Assembly (NCBI RefSeq): GCF_030028105.1
Contig: NW_027276920.1
Coordinates: 1 to 33,713, forward strand
Length of the DNA: 33,713 nt
Origin: Mobula birostris
Lineage: Eukaryota
Reading direction: 5' to 3'
In this document: in pieces, positions 33,000-33,713 of the stretch
Layout: every line of letters starts with the position of its first letter
Numbering within the stretch: the stretch's first letter is position 1
Made by a program: the position numbers and the translations under genes
The notes under the pieces: generated by a model
Databases searched by the model: none
What the model was told of the DNA's origin: nothing
What the model saw: only the letters and a program-made list of their open reading frames with translations

Positions 33000-33713
33000 A
33001 CACTGTCCTCTCTAATATTCCCTCTAATTTTCGTTTAGCATAACCGAGAAAATTCATCTGCTTGAGTTATAACAGTTTTCTATTATTGACCTAGCACGTC
33101 GGCCAGTGTTTAAACAGGACTCCGGCGAAATATTATAAGAATCGAACAGACCGATAACTCGCCGATACACAGGATGGACCGAACTATTGATTCGGAAAGG
33201 TAAAAGGTGGAGGTATCTGTTTCAGGATAAACTGTACTTCTCCGATGTGGCAGTTTTCTCGTGATTTTGTTCGTCCGAACTTGAACATCTGGGGATCAAA
33301 CGCCGGCCGTTCTATTTACCAAAAGAGTTCTCCGTCATGATCCTGACCGCAGTTTAAATACCACCATCTTCCGACTGAGATACTACATGATGCCATCGCC
33401 AAGCAGGTAACAGTCCATCTCGATGCATTTCAGATCATAGTCGGGGAATTCAATGAGGCTTGTTTGAAGAAATTCCTGCCCAATTACCCTCAGCACATAA
33501 CGTGCAGCACCAGAACACCTAGCACACTAGACCTCTGCTACTGTACAAAATACAAGAAATGTCGACACGTCCATGCCCAAAGAGCACATCTGATCGCTTG
33601 ACTGTTCTTCTTGTACCTGCATAGAGATAAAAGGAAACGAGCAAGAGTCCGCAGATTAGGACAACAAAAGGGTGGTCGCGGGAGGCAGAGGAGCGGCTAC
33701 GGGATTGCTTGAA
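33000..33713 (+). mobile_element. Rex1/Babar-type LINE, endonuclease region, running off the window
   Basis: LEHLGIKRRPFYLPKEFSVMILTAV*IPP, plus degenerate TLDLCY and SDRLTVLLVPA motifs. Confidence 0.75.

Overview
Vertebrate genomic DNA, not microbial. It is AT-rich, contains introns, and roughly half or more is decayed transposons. The repeat set (CR1 LINEs, Rex1/Babar, a HE1/V-SINE-type SINE) suggests a cartilaginous fish, probably a ray; this is an inference. The one host gene I can reconstruct is on the minus strand, 26138->12053. Seven hand-assembled exons have GT-AG boundaries and compatible phases: leader, germline-joined VJ-type Ig V domain, Ig C1 domain, uncharged TM, and three cytoplasmic exons ending in an ITIM pair. 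Together they give a 1035-nt CDS (344 aa), a non-rearranging, antigen-receptor-like, SIRP-like inhibitory receptor. The ORF track shows only the V, C1 and last exons, each with intronic flanks. A ~550-bp diverged duplicate (2768-3326 vs 28685-29240) suggests a tandem gene cluster with ~26-kb period. The rest is degenerate TEs: several CR1s, two Rex1/Babar fragments, a BovB-like RTE LINE, a solo LTR holding tandem arrays, an IR/DR Tc1 nested in a SINE, and an internally deleted Chapaev-type (CMC) transposon. All family assignments come from remembered motifs; no database searches were run.
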